DNA of 64,000 nucleotides from Octopus vulgaris (taxonomy: Eukaryota). The notes under the pieces were generated by a model. It did no database searches. It saw only the letters and a list, made by a program, of their open reading frames with translations, and was not told the origin of the DNA. The position numbers were made by a program, and so were the translations under genes. This document shows, in pieces, positions 27,062 through 40,855 of this stretch (its first letter is position 1; each line of letters begins with the position of its first letter). The stretch spans positions 38,316,001-38,380,000 of the forward strand of contig OX597832.1 of assembly GCA_951406725.2 (NCBI GenBank), written 5' to 3'.

Positions 27062-27641
27062 GGTATCTGCTGTTAGATACTGTTTAAACTTAGGTGAACC
27101 ACTTATCCCAAAGGCTGTAGTATTAATGTTGGTTAGACTTGAATTAACCCATAATACAACAGATGAAAAGTATTGAAGTAGTAACTCTCATAAATATATG
27201 ATAGCCATAGGTTGCAGTTTCTACGAGGCTGCATGTCTTCATAGACACCACTGTCTCATTCGATTATTTCATGGCGTTAATTTTTGGCCTGGCTTTCGTT
27301 ACTACAATGGTTTCACTGGAGAACCGTCGAGGTATTTTTCCTTTGGGTTTTCACCTCGACGTGAGTACTGTCAGATTATTAACTAATGGGATACGTGTTC
27401 GATTCTGCTGGAGGCAGTGAATATGATTATAACATTGATGTATAAGGACTCTGATACAATGTGAGGGTAGCAATAATTTAATGGTAACCTGTAATAAAGC
27501 AGACATAATGAAAATGTATACTTACAAAAAGTTATGATTATATGTTTACACAAGACTGAAGTTATTAAAATTGTGTGAATAATAAACCACAAACACACGT
27601 ATAAACTTACACCGTCTTATATGAATATGTATGTATGTATT

Positions 27642-27675
<34 letters not shown>

Positions 27676-27991
27676 TGTATGTATGTATGTATATATGTAT
27701 GTATTTATATATATATGTGTGTGTGTGTGTGTGCTTAGACATCTGTGTGTATATGGCTATGTCTGTAACAAACCCTATAGCATAGCTTCACACAGTTATC
27801 TCAGTGGTGACTGGCGCTTTTAAATGGCGACGAGGCTGAGATTTTGCTGAGGATCACTGGGTAGCTACATGAAACTAAGAACCTGGATTTAATTATAGAG
27901 TTAACCACGTTCAAATGAGTGACTGCAAATACGTATACACAGATGCTTGCGCGTAAGCACAAACACTTATAAGTGCATCTACATATCTATC

Positions 27992-28065
<74 letters not shown>

Positions 28066-28122
28066 GTCTCTCTGTCTGTCTCTCTCTCTCTCTATCTATC
28101 TGTCTCTTTCTCTCTGTCTCTT

Positions 28123-28159
<37 letters not shown>

Positions 28160-28229
28160 CCGTCTGTCTGTCTATCTATCTGTTTATCTATTGTAGATAA
28201 CGTTTCTGTTAGTTAATACTTAATACTGA

Positions 28230-28352
28230 TATCAGATTTTGGCACAAATTCATCAAGTTCGAAGAAGGGAGTAAGTTGATTACATCGACCCCCAGTATTC
28301 AACTGGTACTTATTTATCGATCTCGAAAGGATGAAAGGCAAAGTTTTACCTC
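28230..28352 (-). mobile_element. SINE-A 3' fragment
   Basis: gattacatcgacccccagtattcaactggtactt..aaaggatgaaaggcaaag. Confidence 0.8.
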
Positions 28353-28692
28353 GCCTCATGTTTAATATTAAATATAAATTGGACGTGAATAACAGCGAAA
28401 TTATCATGGCTAAACGGATCAGTGTCCTTCGTTCTAATCCCAATGTACAGTTGGATTATGATCATAAAAAGTTATATGAAATATATGTACAATCTCAGTC
28501 CAAACGCGTTGCATTTAACCAATGGCTAAAAAAGTTGTGTAACATCAAGCAGCCAGAATTAGATCTGAATGCAAGACATCTAGAGAAGGAGCGACGCGTA
28601 TCATTTAATGCAAATTAATACACAGAACTCAATGATCAGATTAGCAACACCCAATGGTAACAGCACTATCGACAAGAATGTTCGGTTGAACA

Positions 28693-29318
28693 GAGAAGAA
28701 GAAGAAGAAGAAGAAGAAGAAGAAGAAGAAGAAGAAGAAGAAGAAGAAGAAGACGAAGAAGAAGAAAAAGAAGAAGATGAAGATGAAGAAGAAGAAGAAG
28801 AAGAAGAAGAAAAAATGATGATGAAGAAGAAGAAGAAGAAGAAGAAGACGAAGAAGAAGAAGAAGAAGAAGAAGAAATGATGATGAAAGAAGAAGAAGAA
28901 GAAGAAGAAGAAGAAGACGAAGAAGAAGAAAAAGAAGAAGAAGAAGATGAAGATGAAGAAGAAGATGAAGATGAAGAAGAAGAAATGATGATGAAGAAGA
29001 AGAAGAAGAAAAAATGATGATGAAGAAGAAGAAGAAGAAGAAGAAGAAGACGAAGAAGAAGAAAAAGAAGAAGAAGAAGATGAAGATGAAGAAGAAGATG
29101 AAGATGAAGAAGAAGATGAAGAAGAAGATGAAGAAGAAGAAAAAATGATGATGAAGAAGAAGAAGAAGACGAAGAAGAAGAAGACGAAGAAGAAGAAGAA
29201 GAAGAAGAAGGAGAAGAAGAAGAAAAAATGATGATGATGAAGAAGAAGAAGAAGAAGAAGAAGAAGAAGAAGAAGAAGAAGAAGAAGAAGAAGAAGAAGA
29301 CGAAGAAGAAGAAGAAGA
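28693..29318. repeat. ~630-bp (GAA/GAT)n purine-rich tract
   Basis: Read directly; interruption patterns recur. Confidence 0.97.
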
Positions 29319-30379
29319 AAACAATAACAACAAAAACAAAAACAACAACAATAGCAGTGGCCAATAGCGAAGTAAAGTTACACAAAGATAGTCTGCCTGC
29401 TAGAGAACAAAAAGATTTCAAATGAGTCGAGCAGAAGAAGATAGGAATCTTTCTATTTCTCTTAAAGTCCTTAGGGAAGATATGCTACAGCGGATTCAAA
29501 ATATTAGTTTTAAAGACAGACAACTTAAAATGGCGTAAAATTGAGCCATCAAATTTAGAACTGGAAATAGCAAATGAGATAACAGAAACTATATAAAATC
29601 TATCGAATGAGGAACCGGAATAACACTGCTGGCATGCTGCAAAGAGATGGAACTGTATAATAAAAACCGGAGTTAGGTTGGGCGCACAACTTGTAATATA
29701 TACTCCGGTTTTTTTGAAGGACTATCTCACCGATGATCTTGGCTATAAAGTGCAAAACTATAAATGAGTTCACAGAACATCAAAAGTAGTTAAATGATAA
29801 ATTAAGAAAGCAGTTTCGCAACTCAAGAATTAAAACTCTGAATTTCAAACTTTATCAACTAAAGCAAGAATTAGCAGCTCCAGCTGTGAAATTGAAATAT
29901 TCTTCTGCAGAGTATAAATGAAAGAAAGAAGAAATACAACAAAACAAAACTGGAAAAATCTTTATTTAAAGGTCCCAGATCAGCCAATTGAAGCTTCAAC
30001 AAAAACAACACGTCACTAAAAAACCATCCTTTGAAAGCTACAGTAAATTAATATAGGAAAGGAATAATAAATTCAATGAACATGATGAAAGGATAGACCG
30101 ACTAGAACGGGGATACTGAAAAAAAATGTTAAACAAAACTCTGTGAAATCGATGTCGTAGTACTAAAAACAGACCTGAATACATAAACAAGTAATTGTAT
30201 TACAAAATATGGGTGAAAAAATCTCAGCTTTTATCAGTGAGATTTAGTAATTGTTTTACAAAATGTGGGTGATAAAATCTTAAATTTTATGAGTGAGAGG
30301 GTACGTTAAAGGTACATGCATGTCCGGGCACGTAGATCTGCATTGATGTCAAATGAAACAGGTGTAGGAGGAACATCTG

Positions 30380-30580
30380 CAACAGAGGAAAGTGGTCAGT
30401 AACTTCTCGCCTAAGTTGTTTAAGAGGAATGAAATAACAGCTAATGCTGATATTCTCGCAAGGAACAGTGGAAAGTATTGCATGGGTACTTGGAATGAAA
30501 GAGAATGAATAACGTAAAACGCTTGACATGTACCTAGACGTTTATGATGTCCAATTGGAAAGCTATAGCAATGCAATTGG
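30380..30580 (+). mobile_element. Possible RTE 5' fragment (start of APE endonuclease)
   Basis: tattgcatgggtacttggaatg translates as YCMGTWN (cf. IGTWNVR). Confidence 0.4.
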
Positions 30581-30661
30581 AGAACATAACGTCACCACTA
30601 TGTTTGTGTACGTGCATACATATATATATATGTGTATGTGTGTGTGTGTATGTGTGTGTGT

Positions 30662-30719
<58 letters not shown>

Positions 30720-31044
30720 TCCCTCATAGGATATATGTTATCCATTCATGTGTGTTACCTACATCATTAGAAAGTTTTAACTCTTATTTCTAGCAATGTA
30801 GGTGTTTCTAACACCCTAGTCACATTTAGTGACAATTACAATTCTCCTCTTTGGTGAAACACTGCAACCAGCTGTTTATATCAATTCTATATATATATAT
30901 ATATATATATACATACATTTGTGTGTGTGTGTATGTGTGTATGTGTGTGTGTATTTTCTCCACAATATAGTGTTGAGCAGGCATTGTTTGATGTATATAT
31001 ATTGTTAGATACATGCATACATACATATTTACATATATTCTTCT

Positions 31045-31197
31045 TTTATTCTTTTATACGTTTCAGTCATTTGATTGCAGCCCTCCTGGAGCACCCCCTT
31101 AAAAGGTTTTAGTCGAAGAAAACGAGCTCAGGATTCATTCTTTGTAAGCCTAGTACTTATTCTATCGATCATTTTGCCGAACCGCTAAGTTTCGAGG
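31045..31197 (-). mobile_element. SINE-B 3' half
   Basis: tttcagtcatttga..tttgtaagcctagtacttattctatcg..gccgaaccgctaagtt. Confidence 0.85.
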
Positions 31198-32139
31198 AAC
31201 ATAAAAATCAGAAAACATTGCCGGGCAACAAATGCATGCTGTGCAAAACTAAAAAAGAAGAATTGATCACATTTTTTTCAGCTGCTAGAGAATTTCTTTG
31301 GGATATAAACTTCTCACGAGGTATAATGTTGTGTCCAGAACAAACTAGAACAGAATAAGGAAAAAAATACTAGCAAATAATAGTGATTTAATTGAGATTG
31401 ATGGGTCAAAAGAATATCAATAACGAAAAGAAATAGGATATAGCCAGACCGTTAACAAGGAGTTTGCCAATCGAGTACTGAAAATGCACTTTGAAATGAA
31501 CCAAATTGATATGTACCAAGCTTATTGGAGCAATGTGTCTTGACTTTTAAGGAATAGATTCAACTCCTTAATTCATACTCAACAAATGATCACGATTCTT
31601 GGTGCAATAAACGTTTGCATGACCTTAAGGTGTAATAGATGATGAACAGAACAAAGATTCCTTCTTATATATATATATTTATTATTTAGCTACGGTTGTA
31701 GTTGAATAATATTCTTAGGGCCACAATTTACTCAGTCGCAGCATCTTCAAAGCTTTGTCGCTAATTCAGTTCTTAACCAAAATGGAAACTGTTAACATTT
31801 TTTGAAGCGGACTGGTCCGTTTGGCATAAAAGAATTCGTAGCCGGAAGAATTCGGGCATTCAGTTTATTACACCAAAAGTATTTGTTATAGCAGCTGTTG
31901 AGGGTCTACTATGCATTTTAGCCTAGGCGAAACCTAGAGTGATACTCGGAGTAGACTGTCACGTTTAGATGAGTGGGCAATAGATATTCTCTCCCCTCCA
32001 ACCAACTGAATGCGTTGGGCTCTTTACCATGAGGTTTGTGCTATGAAAAATATACTTTTAAATATTTTGCAATTCTTATACACACACAGAGACACACACA
32101 CTTACAGGTAATTTTGTATGCATGCATGCATATGTATGT

Positions 32140-32192
<53 letters not shown>

Positions 32193-33032
32193 GTATATAT
32201 ATATATATATACATGTATATATATATATATATACATATATATACATATATATACATACATATGAATATATATGTGAATATAAATATAATATTTATATGAA
32301 TATTTATACTATATACAATATATATATAATGTATAATGTACACGCAAATACAAACATACATACACACACACACATATATACTTATGTGTACACATACATG
32401 TGTGTGTGTGTATATATATATATATCCGTATATATGCGTGTGTATGCATGGTTAGTGTCTTTATACGTGCAAGCATGTTTATATATATATATATATTATA
32501 TATATATATGTATGTTTGTAGGTGTGTACGTATGTAATGTAATTAGCACTCAGATCTCCGATCGACTTCAAAATTAAAGACACCTTGTGACCTTTTACCA
32601 GTTTGTGAGTCGATATTCTGACCTCCACACACGAAAAGAATATATATAAGCTTTCCAAGCATTTGATGTGGCTGGGCCTGGTCTATTTATTCATCGGCGG
32701 TTCATTTTTCGCCGCCTATCTCATGGCGATATCTCAATAAGCGCCGTGGCAGGAAGTATTTTCTGCCATGGTGATATGGTTTGGAAATCTCTATAGACAG
32801 ACAGAATGGCGTCTGTACTGCAGTGGAAGCAAAACAGAGAGTCTTGAGAAGAGAGGAGAAATATAGGCGAGAGGAGAGTGGGTGTGGTGAAGAAGAAGAA
32901 GAAGAAGAAAAGGAAGAAATAATTTAAAGAAAACAGTGAAAATAAACTTAAAAAATAAGAAAATGCGGTGAATAGTAAATGAAATGGAACATATAAAAAT
33001 TATATATATATATTTATATATATATTTATATT

Positions 33033-33132
<100 letters not shown>

Positions 33133-33799
33133 CATATAAATGTTTGTGTGCGGTTGTGTGTATATATGTATGTGTATGTATGTATGTATGTATATTTGGA
33201 GTGGTGAGTATGGTTTCCTACGAATAACGTAGGCGGATAGTTAAGTGCGTATGTGTGTTTCTGTGTGTGAAGAAATATGTGTTGTCCAAATAAAAAAATT
33301 ACGAAAAAGGGGGAAAAAAATAAAAATATAAAAGCATATATATATATATATAATCTGTAAGATTAATATTCCTATGATAACGGTTAAAAATATATATAAC
33401 TGTGGGAATGTGGCGATGGCGACTGGACACATATTTATTTATGGGAGCAGAAGGGAGTGGCGAGGGAGTTAGAAAAGAAAAGTTATTTGGTTGTTGTTGT
33501 TGCTGTTGTGGTTAGTTGATGCTGTTGCTGTTTGTGGTGATGCTGCTGCTGCTGCTTGCATGCTGATCAGTCTTAATCGAGGAGATCTATGATCAGAGAC
33601 AAACCTCTCTGTTGCCATCTCATCTTTTTGGGGGTATCTAGTCTATGTTATCTAAATTATTCCTCATTTTTAAAACGGTGGGGGTGTATTTTTAGAGAGT
33701 TTCGGACCAACGTTTCTAGCAAAAGCTGTGACCACCTAGTGGTCCCCTTCTTGGTATCAGGATTAGTTCTACCTTTTCTTTCATTTTTTTTTTCATTTT

Positions 33800-34020
33800 T
33801 TTATTATTTCAGTCATTGGACTGCAGCTATGCTGGGGCGCCGCCGCCGTGAAGAGTTTCAGTTAAACAAATCGGCCTCACGACCTTACGTTCCGGGTTCA
33901 AATGCCGCCGAGGTCGACTGTTTTTTTTTTTATTTGTTGGGGTCGTTGTAACCGATTACCCCCACCCCACCCCACCCCTCTCTTCTCCTTAAATTGTTAT
34001 CCTTGTGCTAAAAATTGAAA
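33800..34020. mobile_element. Fragments of SINE-B tail (-) and SINE-A (+)
   Basis: tttcagtcattggactgcagctatgctgg followed by ttacgttccgggttcaaatgccgccgaggtcgac. Confidence 0.65.
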
Positions 34021-35374
34021 TAATCATTATCATTAAGTCTTGCAAGTATTTTATCAATAGCTTTTGCCGAACTCCTAAGTAGACAAATCAATACAGGATT
34101 TCGAAAATCAATTGGCATTCTCGCAAGCCTCAGCTGGGACAATGTTTCTCTCTCCTGCCGATATATATATATATATTGTGTTTTTAAATACGACACGTCC
34201 ATAACATATATCATCTCTGGACTAATATCTCAGTAAATATGCCTTTCAACGATGTATTTACACAGATAACAAGCAATAGTAACTGTTTGAGTGAAGGCCC
34301 GAGTAGTAATCAATGATCGATGGCTTAATTTCATATGAAACCACTTATTAAACTTTTATTCGTTCTGGTATCATTCAACTAGATTCCCACCTGAATTTTG
34401 CAATTCTATTCTTCAAGTTAATAAACATGAGTGGGAGACATGGTATCAGTGTTTTAGACTATAAGACCAAAACCGAATTATTTCTGACCTTTTAACAAAG
34501 CAAGAAATCTACAACTATGAAATAGATTTCATAGTCGGTCCCTTGCCTACCTCAAAAACAACAACCATCTCATGAAAATTAAAATCACATTGTTAATAAG
34601 GAAATAAATGAACTTCCGTGTTAACTCATACACATCCTTTATCAAATGTGTAATATTTTGTCCCATATTTCTGCGTTACTTTTGTATCATCACACAATAA
34701 CAGCATCAACAAATTTGATCCAATTTACCGTTCGCATGACTCGCAGTCTCTATCAAAATTACAACATATTCACAGCTATGCTATTATATATATACAAACC
34801 TTACACTATTAGAATGCATGCAGCTTCTCGGGTTTCCACATGTATATCATTTTCATCCATGTTACCACTACCCATGCAGTGTAGACTCCATTTAACCACG
34901 TGGCGAACAACAAAGGAACGCTCGTGAACGATATTACGAACGAGAATGTCGTGTTGTTTTTCTACATTTCATGCTAAATAATATACGTGACACCTATATA
35001 CACCCACACGAGAACATGCACATACACACATGCACATACACACATGCACATACGCACAAACAAATATACATAGACATACGCGCACATAACGGCGTACATA
35101 TACAAACACCCATACACGCCAACACACATAATATGCATGCATATGTACACACACACAAACACACACAAACACATATGTATATGCAGATTATATAGATAAA
35201 TTATATACATATATATATGTTTATATACATATACATACATGTATAAATTATAAATATATATATATGAGTGTAAATATATATGAGTGTAAATATATATGAG
35301 TGTAAATATATATATATATATATATATATATACAAGTATAAAATAAATATGGCTAACATATAACATGCTTATTC

Positions 35375-35566
<192 letters not shown>

Positions 35567-35795
35567 CCCCCTTTTTTTTTTAACCCCCCTTTTTTTGTCC
35601 TCTTTCTCTCCTTTTACGATCCCTTTTGATCGACCCCCCCTTTTCTATTTTTTTTTTATTATTTTATTTGTTATTTTATTTTTTATTTATTTATTTTTTT
35701 TTAAACCTTCAAAAGAAAAGCTCTACCTTGTAATTTGTTCTATCTGTGTGCAGCCCTGTGTGGCTAATAAAGAAACATATCTATCTATCTATCTA

Positions 35796-35852
<57 letters not shown>

Positions 35853-36300
35853 TGCACACATGCAAACAGGCTCAGACGCACATGCGCAATACATATATGT
35901 GTATATATACAGATATGTGTATATATATATATATGTATGCGTATATATATATATGTGTGTGTGTGTCTATATACACATATATGTACTGCGTATGTGTGTC
36001 TGAGCCTGTGTGTGTGTGTGTGTTTGCATGTATGTGTATTCATTTATGTATTGTCGAAGGTAAAACAAAGAAAGAAACTTTCAAAATTAAATTAGTTTTA
36101 TCAATCATGTCGTGATTTCCTACGAAATCATCGTATTTTCCTGATGATTGTCATAATTCTGGGAGTATAACGAAATATCTCACGCACACACACACACAAA
36201 CAAACACACACACACACACACACATACACCCTCATATACACATAACCATGCAAGTACATATGTATGTATGTAGGTATGTATGCATGCATGTATGTCTTAC

Positions 36301-36340
<40 letters not shown>

Positions 36341-36342
36341 TG

Positions 36343-36456
<114 letters not shown>

Positions 36457-36771
36457 TATATATAAATATATATATAAAATATGTAAAATGTAGTGCATAC
36501 GTATACTGATATGAATGTTCTGTTTGTATGTAAGAGTGTGCTTTTGTTTGTTTGTGTGCTTGTGAGCGTGTGTGCGTGTGTGCGCACGCGTATGTGTATC
36601 TGTCTCTCTGTCTGTATGAATGCATGTAATTTATCTGATGAACCTGTTCAGTCGGAATGATGAAGTCGACGATCATCTTGGAGTTGTTTTTGAACGAATA
36701 TCTATGTTCAAGACTCTCTCTCTCTCTCTCTCTCTCTCGATCGATCGATCGATCGACACACACACACACAT

Positions 36772-36835
<64 letters not shown>

Positions 36836-36842
36836 GAATATG

Positions 36843-36900
36843 TGGAGGCGCAATGGTCCAGTGGTTAGGACAGCGGACTCGCACTTGTAGGATCGCGGTT
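36843..36900 (+). mobile_element. tRNA-derived SINE head fragment
   Basis: ggaggcgcaaTGGTCCAGTGGttaggacagcggactcgc has an A-box but is truncated at the T-arm, so it is not a complete tRNA. Confidence 0.65.
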
Positions 36901-36979
36901 TGTACGTGTATATATATATATATATATACGTACATTTATATGTATGTACAATGTACATTATCTCAAACAGTACTACAGT

Positions 36980-37469
36980 GGAGCACTCCTGGATCGATGG
37001 AATCCCCAAAGGAACGGATGTGCCGCCAGGCAGGACTGAGAAAGACATGCGCAGAATGACGAAACCGCTGCACATCCTCGTTTGGTGTCCGAGCATTGCT
37101 GACTTTTGGAGTCATGTCAGACAACTGTTGCAGCGTGAGGGACGAATCCGATTCCGATTATTAGCTGAATCCATCATGAGGATCGTTCCATCAACTACCT
37201 TTAACATGGTGGGGCAGGTGATGTTCCTCGGTCTGGTGGCTATGGCGAAAGAGGCATGCTGGAGCATAGCCTTTAGTCGAGCAAGTCGACCCCACGACTT
37301 ATTCTTTGTAAGCCTAGTACTTATTCTATCGGTCTCTTTTGCCGAACCTCTAGGTTACCGGCACGTAAACACACCAGCATCGGTCCTCAAGTGATGTTGG
37401 GGGGAGAAACACAGACACACAAGCATACACACACACATATAATATAAATAAATAAATAAATAAATATAA

Positions 37470-37521
<52 letters not shown>

Positions 37522-37900
37522 TTCGACGGACTTCTTTCAGTATCCGTCTACCAAATCCACTCACAAAGCTTTGGTCGGCCCGAGGATATAGTAGTAGTCA
37601 CTTGCCCAAGGCGCCACGCAATGAGACTGAACCGGGAACCATGTGGTTGGTAAGCAATCTACTTACCACACAGCCACTCCTGTGTGGTGAAGAATTTGAA
37701 GGAATTGAAAAATATCTCCTTCCTCTTCGATTGAGCCCATTATCGCTTATTTTAAGTGCTAGTTTGAAAGAAAAGTGAGGCTGGAGAGGGAAGCGATCTC
37801 GCTCGGTGAATTTCTGAAAAAGGTGGGTGAATGTGGGAAAAAGTGGTTGGAGTAAATGGACATACTCTAAACCTGCGTCAGTTGAATGGAAAGCAACAGT
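36980..37900 (+). mobile_element. L1/Tx1-clade 3' fragment split by a SINE-B
   Basis: [35 protein letters not shown] | V-W-stop..RKVRLEREA. The frame rejoins across the SINE. Confidence 0.72.
37255..37680 (-). mobile_element. SINE-B lacking its tail
   Basis: Reverse complement of most of 59761-60187. Confidence 0.9.
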
Positions 37901-37964
37901 CGGGTGAGGCTTGTGTCTTTAGTGGTCAGGGTAATCTTGGATCTCCAGGCTTCCCTGACTGGAG

Positions 37965-38022
37965 GTTTCCCCTGTAGCAAGTTTCCCCTGTAGCAAGTTT
38001 CCCCTGTAGCAAGTTCCCCCTG
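37965..38022 (+). repeat. 16-bp tandem repeat x3.5
   Basis: gtttcccctgtagcaa x3 plus a partial unit. Confidence 0.92.
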
Positions 38023-38062
38023 CATCATTTATAATATGTTCGCATATGTTCGCATAATTTGT

Positions 38063-38146
<84 letters not shown>

Positions 38147-38158
38147 GTTATTATTATT

Positions 38159-39180
38159 CAGTAGTCTTATTTTTATCACGTGCTTGCACCGCAATACCGA
38201 GCGCAGCTCTGTGTGCCTTGGGTATGTGCTGCGATTTGCTGTGATGCTCTTATGGTTATTGTATTGAAAGTGTTTTACGTAGGATGTGTGCTGTGCCTAC
38301 TAGTGCTATTTTCTGTATGTTATATATACTTGTAAGTCCTGGTGTTTTTGTTATGTATTTGTCTGAATATTGTTTTTTTATCATACTTAATGCACCTATT
38401 ATGATAGGAATTGTCTCTGTTTTTAGACTCCATATTCGAGATACCTCTATTTCCAGTTCTTTGTATTTTGAAAGTTTCTCCATTTCTTTTAGAGAAACGT
38501 TGTCATCTGTTGGTATTGATGCATCAATTAGAAAGCATTTTTCTTCTTGATGATCTCTGACAACTATATCTGGCCTATTGGCCTTAATTTCTCTATCCGT
38601 GGGTATTGGCATATCCGATAGTATGGTTGCTTTCTCGTTTTCTGTGACCCTTTCTGGCGTGTGCCTAGACCATCTTTTGTTGTTATTCCATAGTGTTGGC
38701 ATAGCTTCCAGTAGATATAGATCCCAACTCTGTCGTGTCTGTGAATATATTCCTTCTTGGCCAGGACTGGGCAGCTAGAGATAATATGGTTTATTGTTTC
38801 TTATCCATCTCCACATATTCTGCAGTTACTTAAGTTTCTTTTCATTATATGTATTTGGTAATTTCTGGTGGGGAGGCTTCGGTCTTGCGCTGCAATTAAA
38901 CATTCTTCAGTCTCTGCTTTTTGTCCTGAGCTTCTCAGCCATTGTTGGGACATTTTCTGTCCTTTTGTTTAATTTAATCCATTATTTGGCAGGAAGGGGC
39001 TTTTCTTGCCATCTTTTTTTCATGATCCGTTGCTGTTCCAGTTTTAGTTTGGATTTTAGTTGTTTTACAGCTTTTGCGGTTTCTTCTTTTTCTTCATAGT
39101 AGTTAGGTACCATGACTTCTTTTTTGTATTTGTTACCTTTTTTAAAGATTGATTTTTTTGTTTTGTACGTGTTTTGTGGC
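38159..39180 (-). mobile_element. 5'-truncated Dong/R4-like retrotransposon, copy 1 (degraded)
   Basis: WLRSSGQKAETE..AAQDRSLPTRNY..CRICGDG*ETINHIISSC..RHDRVG..RPDIVVRD..LIDASIP..KLSKY..IIGAL..GTAHILRKTL*. Flanked by (TAA)n. Confidence 0.93.
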
Positions 39181-39183
39181 TAA

Positions 39184-39274
<91 letters not shown>

Positions 39275-39836
39275 GAGTGAGAGAGCAGTTCATGCCATCA
39301 AAGTGACACTGGGGATAAAATATACGAAGCCCAATATACCCATCATGACTACTCGTCTGATAAGGGTACACCAGGCACATGCATCACAACCATATGTGCG
39401 CGACATGGTGATCTCATATCAAGGTAAACAGCGCATGACCTTGCAAGTGGGGGCCCAGTTAGAATTTTCTTCAGGTCGAGTAGCCCATCCCGCTCAAAAG
39501 GTCCCTGAATAAGGGTTGTTTAAGGATGTTGAAAGAACCACCCATGTTTCCAGAGGTGAATTATTCAAACCCCAAAGAATCCCTCTCAACACATGGCTAT
39601 GATGCTCCCCCACTACTTCTGCTCGTGATCAGAGATGCACATATCATCAGTCACTAAGGGACATGCTCAACTTGGTTACGGTCAAACAACTGACAAGCAA
39701 ATCTGTGGTATTGAGCAGAATATTTGCTGTAGCCCATCTTTTTATACCAAGACAAAACAATGTATATGATAACACTTCCAATCAGTTAAGATCAGAAGCC
39801 ATGAGAATCACTGCCTGGTACTGCATCAGGGCATTT
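39275..39836 (-). mobile_element. ~560-bp non-coding retroposed element in (TAA)n; candidate non-autonomous Dong partner
   Basis: Unique sequence between two TAA tracts. Two other copies share its 3' end and are 5'-truncated (24113-24169, 54631-54743). No ORF of 60 aa or more on its inferred sense strand. Confidence 0.78.
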
Positions 39837-39855
39837 ATTATTATTATTATTATTA

Positions 39856-39912
<57 letters not shown>

Positions 39913-39913
<1 letters not shown>

Positions 39914-40765
39914 TTTTTTTCTTCTTCTTTCAAATTTGCTTCCATTTCTTGCCGAGTGTCTTCCCGACTCCTAGGGCAAAGAAACTCATAGCATACATTG
40001 GTAGGCCATTAAACCAAACTCAGTACTTCGTTCATTTTTTTTTTTTTTTTAAAGTTAAATTAAAATACATGAGCAGCAACAGTTCTCACATCGACAATGC
40101 TCTTCTCAATACGTGTGATGTACCAGTTAAGACAATCTTTTGCACTTCTTGCAGGGATGGTAAGCCAGGGATCATTCTCATATAATTTTCGGTTCCCTTC
40201 TTGATCATTCCTAGTGCTCCTACGATCACTGGTATTGTAACCGCCTTGAGATGCCACATTTTCTCAATTTCAATGAGTAGGTCTTTATACTTTCTGAGCT
40301 TGTCAAACTCTTTCGCTGAGATATTATGATCACAGGGGATGCTCATGTCGATCAATAAGCAAAATTTATTGTTTTGGTCTTTCACAACAATATCTGGTTT
40401 ATTGGCCTTGATGGTTCGGTCTGTATGTACTGGAAAGTCCCACATAATGGTTACATTTTCTCCTTCAGTTACAGCCTCAGGGTGGTGATTATACCACTTG
40501 TCGGCAGTTTTGATATTGTAATGCCGACTTATTAGCCAGTGGAGATATTGGCCAACTCTGTCATGTCTTAATTTATACTCCACTGGTGCTAAGACTTTAC
40601 ATCCAGAGATTAGGTGGTCCACTGTTTCAATCATGTCGTTGCAGAATCGGCATTTTGGGTCTGCTCCATTTTTCATCACATTGGCCTGGTAGTTCCGGGT
40701 TAATAGGCTTTGATCTTGAGCAGCCAGGATGAAACTTTCGCTCTCTGCTTTTAGCCCTGAGCTCC

Positions 40766-40766
<1 letters not shown>
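39913..40766 (-). mobile_element. 5'-truncated Dong/R4-like retrotransposon, copy 2; open frame 40086-40766 (zinc knuckle plus RLE endonuclease)
   Basis: C-x2-C-x8-H-x4-C (CRFCNDMIETVDHLISGC), RHD, KPDIVVKD..LID, K..KY, no stops. Flanked by (TAA)n. The poly-I at the ORF start is the target repeat, not coding sequence. Confidence 0.96.
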
Positions 40767-40851
<85 letters not shown>

Positions 40852-40855
40852 ATTA

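Larger units (their letters stand above)
28385..31640 (+). mobile_element. Old, internally deleted and interrupted RLE-type (R4/Dong-like) non-LTR retrotransposon
   Basis: N-terminal-like KKLYEIYVQSQSKRVAFNQWLKKL..LNARHLEK (28.4-28.6 kb). Pre-RT-like LYQLKQEL..KFNEHDERIDRLERGY..WVKNLSFY (29.7-30.25 kb). Zinc knuckle CMLCKTK..IDHIF.SC (31.22 kb). That these are one element is inferred from collinearity. Confidence 0.55.

Noticed and set aside
36843-36900. tRNA gene
   Set aside because: No T-arm or 3' acceptor strand; it is a SINE head.
37965-38022. CRISPR-like array
   Set aside because: Contiguous units without spacers, in a eukaryotic context with no cas genes.
39770-39836. HDV-like ribozyme or Pol III promoter at the 5' end of the 560-bp element
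   Set aside because: I could not build the P1-P4 nested pseudoknot or find a B-box by eye. An Infernal or RNArobo search would settle it.
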